This document shows, in pieces, positions 54,031 to 64,000 of a stretch of 64,000 bases of DNA. Position numbers and translations under genes: made by a program. Location of the stretch: positions 7,862 through 71,861 of the IMG/VR virus record IMGVR_UViG_3300029448_004877. One strand, 5' to 3'. Below the pieces are notes generated by a model that saw nothing but the letters and a program-made list of their open reading frames with translations, ran no database searches and was not told the origin of the DNA. The stretch comes from a virus. Within the stretch, counting starts at the first letter, position 1, and each line of letters opens with the position of its first letter.

Positions 54031-55854
54031 TTAAAACTGACCTACTACTTCAGAAAACTCTACACCCGATCTAACGGCTACAAAGTTAAGCTGGATGAAG
54101 TTGATAGAACGTGCCGGCTTGATGAAGATATCTCCAACAAACTGATTACTATCAATGACATTCGAGGTATTGTTAGTTTCATCACAAACAACTCTGAAGT
54201 CATAGATACCACGTCTACCTTGAACATCTCGCAAGAAAGGCTCAACTAGGTTCTTAAACTGGGCTCTCGTAAAGTCATCGTTGAATTCAAACAATGTAGA
54301 CTTAGCGGCTACACCAATTGCTTTCTCAAGAACAATAAACAGTCTACGCACGTTAATTCGATCAAATGCTGAAGTTGTCGGTGCAAATGTTTTGTCGCCG
54401 AATAACACTGTGCCTTGACCTGGCTGTGTAATGACTGGATTAATTTTTGCCTTGTAAAGCACATCTCTTTCAGCTTTAGCCGGATTCAACTGTAACTTAA
54501 CAACATTCTTGATGTTTCCTCTACTGTAACCAGCAGGTGAGAACCAAGGATCTCTCACATCGTCTGTTCTCGCACAAAGACCAGCTATATCAGCGTTCAA
54601 TGGGATCCAACGATAAACATCTGCGTATTTGTCATACTGATATTTATATCCGCTGTCAACGACTGCAAATGTAGAAGCAGTGAGTCCTGCGGCAAAAGCT
54701 GTCATATTAGCAACAGTTAAATCAGATAATTCTGGTGAAATAAATGCTACGCAATCTTTACGAACTTCACACACATTGTTGATAATGTGGTTTGCAAGAG
54801 TTGATCCTTTTGCTTTGCCTTGAATGATGAGTGATACATCTACGTCTGCTGGATCTGTGTATAAGTTGTATCCAGCAATAACATCGCCTACAGTGATGTT
54901 AACTTCGTCTAGGCCATCAGATCCAGATGCAAGAGTTGCTTGACCGAAAGTCAATGATGCTTGAAGAACCGCTTGAGCAGGAGTACATGAGATCCAATCA
55001 GAACGATTTGTGAAAACGTCTGGTGAGAAATTAGTAGATCCGTCTGGATTCACTGCCGCAGATGCTGTATCAATATCTTCAAAAATTTCTAAAATTGTGC
55101 CAGCGGTGCCACTGATTTCCCCATCATTATCACGTACAACAACGTGCATTCTTGTTGCAGTTGAAGGAGTACTGTCAAATAAGTCTGCGTCTCCCCACTG
55201 AGTGCTGAATGTTGAGGCGTATTGCGCTCCATCAGCAGGATTATATCGTCTGTCGAAAGTGATTGTTCTTTGAAACTTACTAGCATCTCCAGCGTCTGTG
55301 GTTGCGGCTGAAATTGCAGAAACTACAAGTTCAATTCCAGTAGATAATACAATTCTATCGCCTACAGAAAGATAAGTTGGATCAGTGTTAGCTACCAGTC
55401 CTGAAATGATACCAGTAGTAGCATAAGGTTCAATAGTTAGAGTATCTGATCGAGCAGTAACTCCCATATTCGCACCCACACAGTGCGAAACTTGAATAGA
55501 GTTACCTAATTTGCCTTTATATTTTGCATTAAAGTTTGTTCCAGTGGCAGCGGCTGCTGTCGCATCTGTTACACGTGTTACGTATAGTGCATCACTATAA
55601 GCTAAAAAGTTTGCGGCAGAAAACCATGTTTCATAGTTATTCCACAGAGTAGTTAGACCTGCATCAGTATAGTAAGAAGCAGGCTTGCCAAAGCGATTCG
55701 CTAAGTCCTGTTCTGATGTTACTAAAATGCGTTGATCTTCTGGACCCCAACGAAAAACGCCTGCGATAGCGCCTTCAGTTGTTGCTACAGCGGGGACGAC
55801 ATTCGTTAGGTCAATTTCGCTGATATTAACGCCTGGACTTGTTTGAAAAGCCAT
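54031..55854 (-). CDS. gp18: Tail sheath protein (gp18)
   Basis: SPGV..EIDLT, PWFSPAG, FDRINVRRLF, IKPARSINFI. Confidence 0.97.
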   Translation of the reverse strand: MAFQTSPGVNISEIDLTNVVPAVATTEGAIAGVFRWGPEDQRILVTSEQDLANRFGKPASYYTDAGLTTLWNNYETWFSAANFLAYSDALYVTRVTDATAAAATGTNFNAKYKGKLGNSIQVSHCVGANMGVTARSDTLTIEPYATTGIISGLVANTDPTYLSVGDRIVLSTGIELVVSAISAATTDAGDASKFQRTITFDRRYNPADGAQYASTFSTQWGDADLFDSTPSTATRMHVVVRDNDGEISGTAGTILEIFEDIDTASAAVNPDGSTNFSPDVFTNRSDWISCTPAQAVLQASLTFGQATLASGSDGLDEVNITVGDVIAGYNLYTDPADVDVSLIIQGKAKGSTLANHIINNVCEVRKDCVAFISPELSDLTVANMTAFAAGLTASTFAVVDSGYKYQYDKYADVYRWIPLNADIAGLCARTDDVRDPWFSPAGYSRGNIKNVVKLQLNPAKAERDVLYKAKINPVITQPGQGTVLFGDKTFAPTTSAFDRINVRRLFIVLEKAIGVAAKSTLFEFNDDFTRAQFKNLVEPFLRDVQGRRGIYDFRVVCDETNNTSNVIDSNQFVGDIFIKPARSINFIQLNFVAVRSGVEFSEVVGQF

Positions 55855-55904
55855 TTCTCATTTCTCCTTGTTTATTTTGTAAGTTATAAACTTCTTTATT
55901 TCTA

Positions 55905-55912
55905 TATTTATA
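55905..55912 (-). promoter_or_regulatory. T4 late promoter
   Basis: TATAAATA upstream of gp18. Confidence 0.8.
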
Positions 55913-55923
55913 AAAACAGCAAT

Positions 55924-57531
55924 TTAGTAATTCAACCATTGGGCTGTTCCCATCTGTTCCTCTTCAAGGATATCCTCGTCATAAGTGTTAAAACCAATTG
56001 GTAGAAGGCTTTCCATAAGTTCTTCTTCGTTCCTTGATCTGAGTTTATCGATAGTATTTATGTCTGTGACTTCTTTGAAAAACGTTTGATCGGTCATCCA
56101 TCCGAATAACACTAGACACATAACCAAATCATCGTGTGTTCCAGATTCCGCTTCGTAAGAGTTGCCACGTCTGGAGAATGTCGAAAGTTCATTTATTGTT
56201 TGAAAGTCGTTAATTATTAGCTGGTCTTGCTCAATCAACATTTTGAGCATGTTGCAGCCGATGGACTTCACATTTTTTGTGGTTCTAATTCCTTTATCAG
56301 CGTTTTTAGAGAACCCTGTAGACAGTCTTTTACCTGCTCTTCCTGCTGACTCAGTAAACATTAATGTTTCAACTTCAAATTCATAATGTAGTACTTCTGA
56401 TACCTGTTCTCCGATGTCGTTCACTTCGATTAAAGTATACGCATCATTGTATCTTTCTATACTTCTATATATGATTTCAGCGTAGTCAATGGGAGTAATA
56501 GTATTATCTTTATACACACATACCTGCTGGTATGGCATTTGGGTCACGTCAATTATCTGAAATGCGGAATAATCTAAACCTTTACCTCTTGACACATCCA
56601 CTACACACACGTAAACGTGATTTGGTTGTGGTTGTTGATAGACTTTCATTTTATCTGTCTGGGCAACAGGATGTAAATCAACCATAGTCTTGAGTTTTGA
56701 GCCTTCTATCAATGTTCCTGAAGAACCTAAGAAAGCACATTCAAACTCTTGCGAGAATTTTTGTTGATCGAAATCCATAGCCGCAAGAGTTTCTTTCTTC
56801 CACTTATCGTCACGACCAGGAACTTTGCCCCAGGGCACTTCAATATAGATGTATCCGTTTCTATTTTCTTGTGCGCCAACACATGTTTTATAGAAATGAT
56901 TCAGTCCATTTGGTGTGGAAGTGAATAGAATTTTTGTTGTATCGCCAGATGAAATCGTAGGAAAAACAGATGCAAAAAACTCATCCCAGTTCTCTACGAA
57001 TGCAGTCTCATCGATATACAAGAACGAAATAGATTTACCACGAATAGCACTTGATGATGTAGAACCAGCTATAATCTTACAGCCATTTTCGAATTCAACT
57101 GAACCCTTGTTCCACTCTATAACTCCTTGCTGTAACCAGTTTGGAAGTGCCTCGTATGCAATTTTAATTCGATCTAAGATTTCACGTGCGGCATCGCCCT
57201 TATTTGCAAGTAACGCAACTGTTTTGAAATCATTAAATATTACGTAGTGCAGAATAACAGCAACGGCTGTAGTTGTCTTACCAGCCTGTCTTGATGTATT
57301 CACTGTGACACGCCTGTTCTCAGTGATTGCTGTACAAATCTCTTTCTGATAATCGTACATCTTAATCGGTATTAGACCATGATCAACGTGTACGATTTGA
57401 ATATATTTTTCAGAGAAGTATATAGGATCCTTAGCACACTTCAAAAACTCAGTGATCATTTCCTGAGTAAAATTAACATCCGTGCCTTTGCGTTTTAGAT
57501 TAACGTTACCATTATAACCTTTAGCCTGCAT
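55924..57531 (-). CDS. gp17: Terminase large subunit (gp17)
   Basis: SRQAGKTT, YIDETAF, STPNG, DVSRG..DYS, HDDLVM. Confidence 0.97.
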   Translation of the reverse strand: MQAKGYNGNVNLKRKGTDVNFTQEMITEFLKCAKDPIYFSEKYIQIVHVDHGLIPIKMYDYQKEICTAITENRRVTVNTSRQAGKTTTAVAVILHYVIFNDFKTVALLANKGDAAREILDRIKIAYEALPNWLQQGVIEWNKGSVEFENGCKIIAGSTSSSAIRGKSISFLYIDETAFVENWDEFFASVFPTISSGDTTKILFTSTPNGLNHFYKTCVGAQENRNGYIYIEVPWGKVPGRDDKWKKETLAAMDFDQQKFSQEFECAFLGSSGTLIEGSKLKTMVDLHPVAQTDKMKVYQQPQPNHVYVCVVDVSRGKGLDYSAFQIIDVTQMPYQQVCVYKDNTITPIDYAEIIYRSIERYNDAYTLIEVNDIGEQVSEVLHYEFEVETLMFTESAGRAGKRLSTGFSKNADKGIRTTKNVKSIGCNMLKMLIEQDQLIINDFQTINELSTFSRRGNSYEAESGTHDDLVMCLVLFGWMTDQTFFKEVTDINTIDKLRSRNEEELMESLLPIGFNTYDEDILEEEQMGTAQWLNY

Positions 57532-57958
57532 CTTTACTTCTCATATCTTTCAGTAGTTGCTGAAGTTCAGCGGTAGATCCAACAAACATATTATTATTCG
57601 TCACTGCTTTTTCTGAAGGATTCTTTACTTCTTCACCTTCTTGCTTTTTAGCAGACATAGTGACCAAGTCTTTGTTGGCCTCTACTAGAGTTTTCATGAT
57701 AGTTGATACGACTTCATATGCACGAGGATGTTCTGACGCTTTCGCAACGTCTAACATTTGTTCTAGTGCTTCCGTGCCGGTTTCAATGATATTGTAGAAG
57801 TTGGTTCTAGCATAATCGTAGTCTCTGTCAACTTTATCATCGACAGGTTTGATTTCTGCGAGTTCTCCCTTCTTAGGAACTATCAATTCACCCTCTCCTT
57901 CATTCAAATTTTGCAAAGGCTCAAGACCTAAGCTATTACTAATATCATCTTTAATCAT
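57521..57958 (-). CDS. gp16: Terminase small subunit (gp16)
   Basis: DYDYAR, SEHPRAYEV, FVGSTAELQ; start MIKDD. Confidence 0.93.
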   Translation of the reverse strand: MIKDDISNSLGLEPLQNLNEGEGELIVPKKGELAEIKPVDDKVDRDYDYARTNFYNIIETGTEALEQMLDVAKASEHPRAYEVVSTIMKTLVEANKDLVTMSAKKQEGEEVKNPSEKAVTNNNMFVGSTAELQQLLKDMRSKDAG

Positions 57959-57960
57959 TT

Positions 57961-58758
57961 TTAAGCATCCAATATTTGTACTATCTCTGTCCAATTATCA
58001 TCAATGTTAATATCTGAGTATGCGACAGAATCAGCAATCTTCGTAGTTGGTTGACCACCAGAGGTCAAACCAGGCTGTACGTTCACTTGTTCTTCGGCAA
58101 CAGTAGCCGTTGTATTAGTATATATATTATTGTCAACGAACTTAATTACTCTCTTATTTGTCGTTGGCCCGAAGTAAAAAGCTTTCATCTGAAAGTTCAA
58201 TGTCCACATTAGAACTCTTCTAGTCTCAAAATCTCCTTCATATGAGTCTTCTGTAGTCACACTCTGCAAAACAACAGGAATATCTACATAGAAATCCATG
58301 CTATCGATCATCTTAACGCTGACAGTTACATCAGGCTTAAAGAAAGGTATAATTTGTTCTAAAATCTTTGTACCGTCTTCAGTGTACTTTGTCATGATAT
58401 TTAACTGAAAGTCAATGTCATAAGGGGCAGGACTATATAAATTTAGTACGTTATTATCATCTGCGGCTATTGACTTTGTTTGTCTTATAAGTGATCCAAC
58501 TTTGCGTGTCGGATTATAATTCATGCCCATAATCTCGAATGACATACGAGGTAGAGTAATGGCAGGCTTATCTAAGTTAGGATCGCCTTCTAGTCTTGCA
58601 AGTAACTTCTGCGCTGGCGCATAGTTAATCGGTACAGTCATTCGCTGTATCTCAGTGCCTGCGTTATTACTGCGACCTATCTGAATATCATTAAACAGTG
58701 TGCCAAATACTGCAACATATCTTCGTGTCGATTCGTTGTAAAAGTGCTGACCAAACAT
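57961..58758 (-). CDS. gp15: Tail sheath stabiliser / neck (gp15)
   Basis: FGTLFNDI, VPINYAP..K, LPRMSFE, EQIIPFF. Confidence 0.93.
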   Translation of the reverse strand: MFGQHFYNESTRRYVAVFGTLFNDIQIGRSNNAGTEIQRMTVPINYAPAQKLLARLEGDPNLDKPAITLPRMSFEIMGMNYNPTRKVGSLIRQTKSIAADDNNVLNLYSPAPYDIDFQLNIMTKYTEDGTKILEQIIPFFKPDVTVSVKMIDSMDFYVDIPVVLQSVTTEDSYEGDFETRRVLMWTLNFQMKAFYFGPTTNKRVIKFVDNNIYTNTTATVAEEQVNVQPGLTSGGQPTTKIADSVAYSDINIDDNWTEIVQILDA

Positions 58759-59753
58759 TAGAAGTTATCCTCCCCAAACGGGTTGTTCTGACTGAAATCA
58801 ACAATGTTATCAGCAAATGATTCGATAGTTGTATTATCTGCAATATCATCGTAAGTTTCTACACTCTGTAGTTTAGATGCTTCTACTGTAATTGTTTCTC
58901 CCATTCCTATAGTTGTAGGATTAATATAATAGAATGTTCCTGTTGTTGCCGGAGTGTATGTCACTAGTCCATCTACTCCTGGTGTACCAGTAACCGTTAC
59001 TCCAGTCGTAATTTCTGTACCAGTGTTAGGTGACGTAGTTGTATAGATTCGTAAAGGGAATCCAGTATTTGATGCGTGTGACTGGTCAAAAATTATCTTC
59101 TCATCTACTCTTGCTTCAAGTTTAGGTGTACTTACAAGATCGCCTCTCGCATCAGTGTCTATCATATGAAATACACTGCTTCTAACTTCTACTGTAAACG
59201 TTGTTCCGTCGCTATCAATAAATAAGTTTTCGTCTTTAAACTTGTCATCTAAGTATGACAATCCAGTGTCGAATCTCTCACCGCTATACTCATACAGTTC
59301 ACATCTCAGATCATATGTTTGAAGTGATCCCATTTGATAGAAGATTGCTTCATGCTCTACGTGTTGAATCACAAACATTTTTCTATTCAAAGGAAGATAT
59401 ATAATGTCGCCCTCACGTGGTCTATTAATTTCTGTGTGTACGCCAACTTCACTCTCATACGTAGTTTTTGCTATTGTAAGTGTAATTGAGTCTCTAATCT
59501 GTAATCCGAACTTAGATAAGAAGTCTCCTTCTCCTTCAAATCCGTCTACATTTTTTACGTACATCTCAGCTTCATATGCTTCTTTATAGATGGGCAGATC
59601 ATCTTCGTTTAAGAGATCATCTTTTGCGCCTAAAGTTCTAGGCAAAAACATAGTGTCTATTCCGAATATTTTTATTGATTCCACGACCAAGTCATCGATG
59701 AGATGTTGCTCCATCGAATTCTCGTAGTTTTCGAAATAGTAGTTCTTAGCCAC
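58758..59753 (-). CDS. gp14: Neck protein (gp14) with inserted beta-sandwich domain
   Basis: EQ.LIDDLVVESIK, DFLSKFGL, RPREGD.IY, DFSQNNPFG. Confidence 0.9.
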   Translation of the reverse strand: MAKNYYFENYENSMEQHLIDDLVVESIKIFGIDTMFLPRTLGAKDDLLNEDDLPIYKEAYEAEMYVKNVDGFEGEGDFLSKFGLQIRDSITLTIAKTTYESEVGVHTEINRPREGDIIYLPLNRKMFVIQHVEHEAIFYQMGSLQTYDLRCELYEYSGERFDTGLSYLDDKFKDENLFIDSDGTTFTVEVRSSVFHMIDTDARGDLVSTPKLEARVDEKIIFDQSHASNTGFPLRIYTTTSPNTGTEITTGVTVTGTPGVDGLVTYTPATTGTFYYINPTTIGMGETITVEASKLQSVETYDDIADNTTIESFADNIVDFSQNNPFGEDNF

Positions 59754-59758
59754 AGTTT

Positions 59759-60502
59759 TTATCCTATCATATCAATAACAGGAAGAGAGTACGAGGAGAT
59801 CATTTCTTCCTCTAACTTCGTAATCTCATCACGTGCATCATTTAAAATCTGTTCTCCATTGAACTGTATGTTGCCAGGTAACGTCATGCCATTGAATTTT
59901 GTTAAATTACTGCCCCATTGATACTTGATCTTTGCTGTCGCATAATTTTGCAACCAGCGGTCTTTGAATACGTCTGCGTATGTAGTTGGGTCTACAACCT
60001 TGTAACATTCTGCTACGAGATATTCTCCAATAACAAGTCTATCCCAATCTGTATCGATGAACAGTCTATTGATGTGTCTATTATATCGAATTGGTTGCAT
60101 ACCAACCAATAATTCTTCCATAAATTGCAAGTTTTGCATTGACATGTAGTAGTTAGTTAAGTTATAATTGACCATGTCATGTATGTTATTCAATACAAAT
60201 TGGTACTGAACATTAAACATACCCGTACTTGCAGTGATACTTGATCCTACTGGAAATAGATTGATTACTCCGATAACGTTCTCAGGTACAGTAATGTACT
60301 GATTCGTCTTATCGCTCTGAGTGATTTGATGCTTGAAAAACGTTCTTTCGGTTCCATCAAAGTGATAATCCCAGTAAAATGACAATGCCTCGTCAATTCG
60401 ATCCTGTGCTTGATCTTGATCGACATTAATTTCAATGACTGGTTTACCTAACTTTCGTAAGCACCATTCTGTAAATTCTGTTCTTGTAGTCGGCTGTGCC
60501 AT
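59759..60502 (-). CDS. gp13: Neck protein (gp13)
   Basis: CLRKLGKPVIEINV, YHFDG, QWGSNLTKF. Confidence 0.94.
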   Translation of the reverse strand: MAQPTTRTEFTEWCLRKLGKPVIEINVDQDQAQDRIDEALSFYWDYHFDGTERTFFKHQITQSDKTNQYITVPENVIGVINLFPVGSSITASTGMFNVQYQFVLNNIHDMVNYNLTNYYMSMQNLQFMEELLVGMQPIRYNRHINRLFIDTDWDRLVIGEYLVAECYKVVDPTTYADVFKDRWLQNYATAKIKYQWGSNLTKFNGMTLPGNIQFNGEQILNDARDEITKLEEEMISSYSLPVIDMIG

Positions 60503-60532
60503 TTCTATTTCCCATAGTTAGATTACTATAAC

Positions 60533-60540
60533 TATTTATA
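60533..60540 (-). promoter_or_regulatory. T4 late promoter
   Basis: TATAAATA overlapping the upstream stop codon. Confidence 0.7.
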
Positions 60541-61258
60541 AAGCGTTGTAAGCGTCTATGACTGCTTGAGGTGTTGCGTCTATGATTGCTTGCGCTGCCG
60601 CACGTTCCTCATCATCCCTCACGATAGCTGGATTGGGAACTTCTGTTTCATTACCTTCCATATCAACTTGTGTAATAGTTGCAGGCAAAGGATCAATCGC
60701 AGTAACAGTCACAACATTCTCTGTGATATCCTGCATGATTTGCTCACCAGTTTCTTCATTGAATGTTGGATTACCGTTTTCATCAAGGACTGCTTCTTCG
60801 CCTATAACAATGTCTTCACGAACTTCTTCACGACCATCTGCAAGGCGATACTGTGCGAGACGCACTACTGATTCAGAGTATTCACGTGTCTGCTTCTCAA
60901 CCAACCACGCATCTGCTTCTTCTTGCACCCAAGCAGGCACTTCACCAACGGTAACACCGCCAGTAATTGTTGTTGGATGTGCATCTTTGACTGCTTGAAT
61001 TGCATCGGCCCACGTTGTTGTGCCGTTAACACTATCCCAGTATTGCATATCCAGTTGGTCAGCCATACTTGGATATGCGGCTTCACGAAGTTCAACGTAA
61101 GATGATTCTCTTACGTCTGGTCCTTCTACTGTGTCATTACCAAGTGCAATATCCTCAATGAACATTTTATAATGACGATTTCCATTTGATCGAGGAATCG
61201 ACATATTGTCTTTCTGAATTGAGTAGTTGCTCTCAAACTCCATAATTTTATAAGGCAT
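60536..61258 (-). CDS. Probable tail fibre-associated/chaperone protein
   Basis: NRHY and YP...QLDMQYWD..NGTTTW..AI..VKDAHP motifs; late promoter at 61295-61302. Confidence 0.6.
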   Translation of the reverse strand: MPYKIMEFESNYSIQKDNMSIPRSNGNRHYKMFIEDIALGNDTVEGPDVRESSYVELREAAYPSMADQLDMQYWDSVNGTTTWADAIQAVKDAHPTTITGGVTVGEVPAWVQEEADAWLVEKQTREYSESVVRLAQYRLADGREEVREDIVIGEEAVLDENGNPTFNEETGEQIMQDITENVVTVTAIDPLPATITQVDMEGNETEVPNPAIVRDDEERAAAQAIIDATPQAVIDAYNAL

Positions 61259-61309
61259 TGTTTGTTTCTCCTAAAGAAAATTTTGTTATATAGTTATTTA
61301 TATGGTTCA

Positions 61310-62359
61310 TCATAGCTCTGCGTCACATTCAAAAACCTCAACGGTGCTTTGTGAGCCTGGGTATGTTCTATCAACTATACCAGTAAATCCAGCTAAGTCG
61401 AATCCCATAAATGTGGTTCCCGAAGGGGATCCTTGAGCGACAGCCGTTTGTGTCGAAGTGAAGCCTAAACCGTCACCTTGCACGGAAACGGTTGTTCCAG
61501 ATATTCTAGACACTGATGGTGAACTACGCATTTCAGGCGAAAGCGGCGCAGATAATCTTAATCTAGTGCTAGTATTTCTGGCTCCATTCAATTGACCATT
61601 TTGAATTCTTTGATAATATCTTTTACATAGGTCAAGTTCTTTACCGTATGAACGATACTCAAAAGGAGTGGCGACTTTGCCTAACTCTACCTGCAACTGT
61701 GCAACTTCAAGATAGTCACCTGTTGTAATATTCGTATTACCAAATGTATTTGAAATAATACCTGCATCAAAATATAGAGTGGCGTTATCTCCGCCCGTTG
61801 CTTCCTCATAATAAGTTAATGTTAAATATTCCCATTGGCCATTACCAGAATGGGGCTTAGAAAATGCACGTTGTAAAAGCTGAGATCGGTATGCCATCAA
61901 GTATGCATTTGGATTATTACTTTTCACCCACCCACTAAACGTAATCCAGTTTCCTGCTAGATTGCCTTCTACTCTTTGTAGAAATCTTAAATAACCAGAG
62001 CCTGAGGATGTTGCTCTAATTCTATAACTATCGCCATGTATAGAATTGGTTTGATATCCGTTAGTGATTCGCCTATCTTCAGAGTTAACACCGCCTGTGC
62101 GTAATTGCCAACGATCCAAATGATATGTGTTAGTGGTCCCAGCACTAATGGACGTGTTAGAACTCGTATAATCACCACGTTGACTCACCATAAATGAGCC
62201 ATTGATTAAAATGTTTCTACGCCCTGCACCAATCAGATTAAACTGTTCTTGCGGTGTCTCTGCACGTAGTACCGCTTCGCCAGCAATACCAGATGTCTTA
62301 TCAAGTTCTTTTAACTTTTCTCTTACGTTAATTTCTGGCTTACTTGCATATACTGTCAT
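61310..62359 (-). CDS. Tail fibre-type protein with carbohydrate-binding-like domain
   Basis: RNILING.F.VSQRG, DRW, QVELGKVATPFEYRSYG.EL.LCKRYYQ, MR..P, DAEL terminus. Confidence 0.75.
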   Translation of the reverse strand: MTVYASKPEINVREKLKELDKTSGIAGEAVLRAETPQEQFNLIGAGRRNILINGSFMVSQRGDYTSSNTSISAGTTNTYHLDRWQLRTGGVNSEDRRITNGYQTNSIHGDSYRIRATSSGSGYLRFLQRVEGNLAGNWITFSGWVKSNNPNAYLMAYRSQLLQRAFSKPHSGNGQWEYLTLTYYEEATGGDNATLYFDAGIISNTFGNTNITTGDYLEVAQLQVELGKVATPFEYRSYGKELDLCKRYYQRIQNGQLNGARNTSTRLRLSAPLSPEMRSSPSVSRISGTTVSVQGDGLGFTSTQTAVAQGSPSGTTFMGFDLAGFTGIVDRTYPGSQSTVEVFECDAEL

Positions 62360-62361
62360 AA

Positions 62362-64000
62362 TTATTCCTCTACTACAAAGCCGTCTACGGCTGAGATTGC
62401 GGTGCCTACCGCTCTTGTTGTGTTATCTATTCTACGAAGCCCTTGAAACACTGAACGCCCTGCGCTTGTGCCTACATGAAGAAGATCAGTATCATCGTCA
62501 TATGCCAGTGCCGTGACTGGATCTGAAGTTCCGTATAGAGTTGCTTTTGCGTTCTCTTGAAATAACACCTTCTCGTCCTCGTATATTTTTTTGATCTGTT
62601 CGGATGATGGTGCTGTGGCTGAAATACGAAGTAAAGCTATATCGCCTGCCCAATTAGAAGTATTGTTAAATCTAACGCCTACTTTTAACGGAGAACCGTC
62701 ATTTGCAATATCTCTTGCTGTAGAATTTGTAGCACTAGATCGAACACCATTAACAAATATTCTATAGCTTGTGCCATCAAACACTGCACATACATGTCTC
62801 CAGGTATCATCAGTTACCGTTAAATCGGTAGCAATTATATCAGATGCATTACCACTAGCATCTGCAACATACAATTGAAAAGAACTTGCCGATCCTCCTG
62901 AGGTACCTCTTATTAATAGAAGAAATCTAGGAGATCCGTCTGTACTTCTGTCAACTATGTATTGATCTGATGATTGACTAGTTGTCTTAAACCATGCCAT
63001 TATAGAGAACGAATTTATACCAAAGTCCAAATTGCTGTTATACGGTTGCAACAAATAATTACTCGCACTAAACCCAGAATACGCTACTAAGTCTGCTCCA
63101 GCCGCAACAGGAGTTTTCTTTAAAGTACCAAACACTTCTAAAGCATTGTTATTGATTAAAGTCCTATCCGCTTCTGCCACTTTAGCTACAACATCATCAA
63201 AATACGCATACTGACCATTACTGCCCACTAATTGTAATCTAAACTGAACTGATGTTGATGTTGCTGTTACGGTAAAATGAAAGTCTTCGTATGATGTCCC
63301 ACTATGCACTTTCTCAGAAGGATTGAAAGTGCATCCCGAATGAGGCTTCACTTGAGCATAAGATGCATTGCCATTTTTCAATCGTCCTTTGACTGTATAC
63401 ACTTGTCCTATTTCTGCATCAAAAATGACTCTAGCAAATGCGTAGTTAGTTGTTCCTGTATGAGTAAGTTTCAATTCTCCGCCAGTAATCGATACTGTAG
63501 CTTGAAGAGAGCCAGAGTTGTAGGGTAGAAAAGAACTTGTATCAGAAGTACTCATGTCACCATTAGTTACGAAATTAGTATCTTTAATATAGGCTGCATC
63601 TGTATCGCTTAAAGTTGCAAGTTTAGTATTACCCACATGCCAACCCGTGTTATAGTCGGAAGCAATATAAGCAACTATTCCGTTATCGGGAGCTACTACA
63701 TTTCTACTAATAACACTTAACCCTTTATCAGCGCCAAAACTATTTCCAGTACTAGAGCGTAATGCACGATTAGTATCTAAGCCTAAAATCTGAAGATCGA
63801 CCAATGTGTTAGGATGTTGTATTGCGTAAAATTCGTCTACGTTTTGTGTGGTACCTGCTATGTTATCAACAGTAATTACATTATCGCTTGTAGGTATATT
63901 ATTGAAAATATAATAGCTTTCTTGAGCAACGCCATTTGATACTCCTATACCCATTCCGAGACTGTTATCAGATAAAAAGTTAACCCTGCGAGCATATGTA
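62362..64000 (-). CDS. LamG/concanavalin-like domain virion protein (5' end outside window)
   Basis: FSIMAWFK, WRHVCAVFDG, IFVNG LamG motifs; frame open to the window edge. Confidence 0.75.
   Translation of the reverse strand, partial: TYARRVNFLSDNSLGMGIGVSNGVAQESYYIFNNIPTSDNVITVDNIAGTTQNVDEFYAIQHPNTLVDLQILGLDTNRALRSSTGNSFGADKGLSVISRNVVAPDNGIVAYIASDYNTGWHVGNTKLATLSDTDAAYIKDTNFVTNGDMSTSDTSSFLPYNSGSLQATVSITGGELKLTHTGTTNYAFARVIFDAEIGQVYTVKGRLKNGNASYAQVKPHSGCTFNPSEKVHSGTSYEDFHFTVTATSTSVQFRLQLVGSNGQYAYFDDVVAKVAEADRTLINNNALEVFGTLKKTPVAAGADLVAYSGFSASNYLLQPYNSNLDFGINSFSIMAWFKTTSQSSDQYIVDRSTDGSPRFLLLIRGTSGGSASSFQLYVADASGNASDIIATDLTVTDDTWRHVCAVFDGTSYRIFVNGVRSSATNSTARDIANDGSPLKVGVRFNNTSNWAGDIALLRISATAPSSEQIKKIYEDEKVLFQENAKATLYGTSDPVTALAYDDDTDLLHVGTSAGRSVFQGLRRIDNTTRAVGTAISAVDGFVVEE

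Noticed and set aside
702-63528. Numerous + strand ORFs of 60-140 aa in the ORF track
   Set aside because: They lie antisense to well-supported - strand genes and have no recognisable motifs; treated as shadow ORFs
1-64000. tRNA genes, CRISPR arrays, stop-codon reassignment
   Set aside because: No cloverleaf or repeat-spacer pattern seen in the few intergenic gaps; core genes are full length in the standard code and use TAA, TAG and TGA stops

Overview
A 64 kb segment of a T4-like (Tevenvirinae/Kyanoviridae-grade) myophage genome. It is AT-rich, probably marine, and probably infects a heterotrophic proteobacterium (inferred from its DUF1127, IscU/IscA and PlcP-like genes). Nearly every gene is on the - strand. 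Read in transcription order (right to left), it holds: tail/neck/terminase/sheath/tube/portal/prohead/capsid genes (gp13-gp23, gp3); uvsY/uvsW; gp55-gp47-gp46; a putative DNA-hypermodification cluster (TagD-like cytidylyltransferase, GT-B, TET-associated glycosyltransferase, DexA, dNTP diphosphohydrolase); gp45-44-62-regA; dUTPase, iscU and hsp20; ligase, gp43, uvsX and gp41; iscA-iscU; a roughly 13 kb late block of probable capsid-packaged proteins plus an endolysin; and primase, frd, td, nrdA (glutaredoxin-fused), a PlcP-like phosphoesterase plus GT2 cassette, nrdB and dCMP deaminase. Sigma70-type early promoters and TATAAATA late promoters are easy to see. The strongest novelty candidates are: (1) a set of enzymes carrying T4 capsid-targeting-like N-termini (ligase-like KxDG protein, PD-(D/E)xK nuclease-like protein, ParB-like protein) beside an NMNAT-like polyprotein; (2) a phage PlcP+glycosyltransferase lipid-remodelling cassette inside the nrd operon; (3) clamp-motif-bearing glycosyltransferases; (4) an antisense, late-promoter-driven structured ncRNA. 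All family assignments come from motif recognition by eye; no database searches were run.
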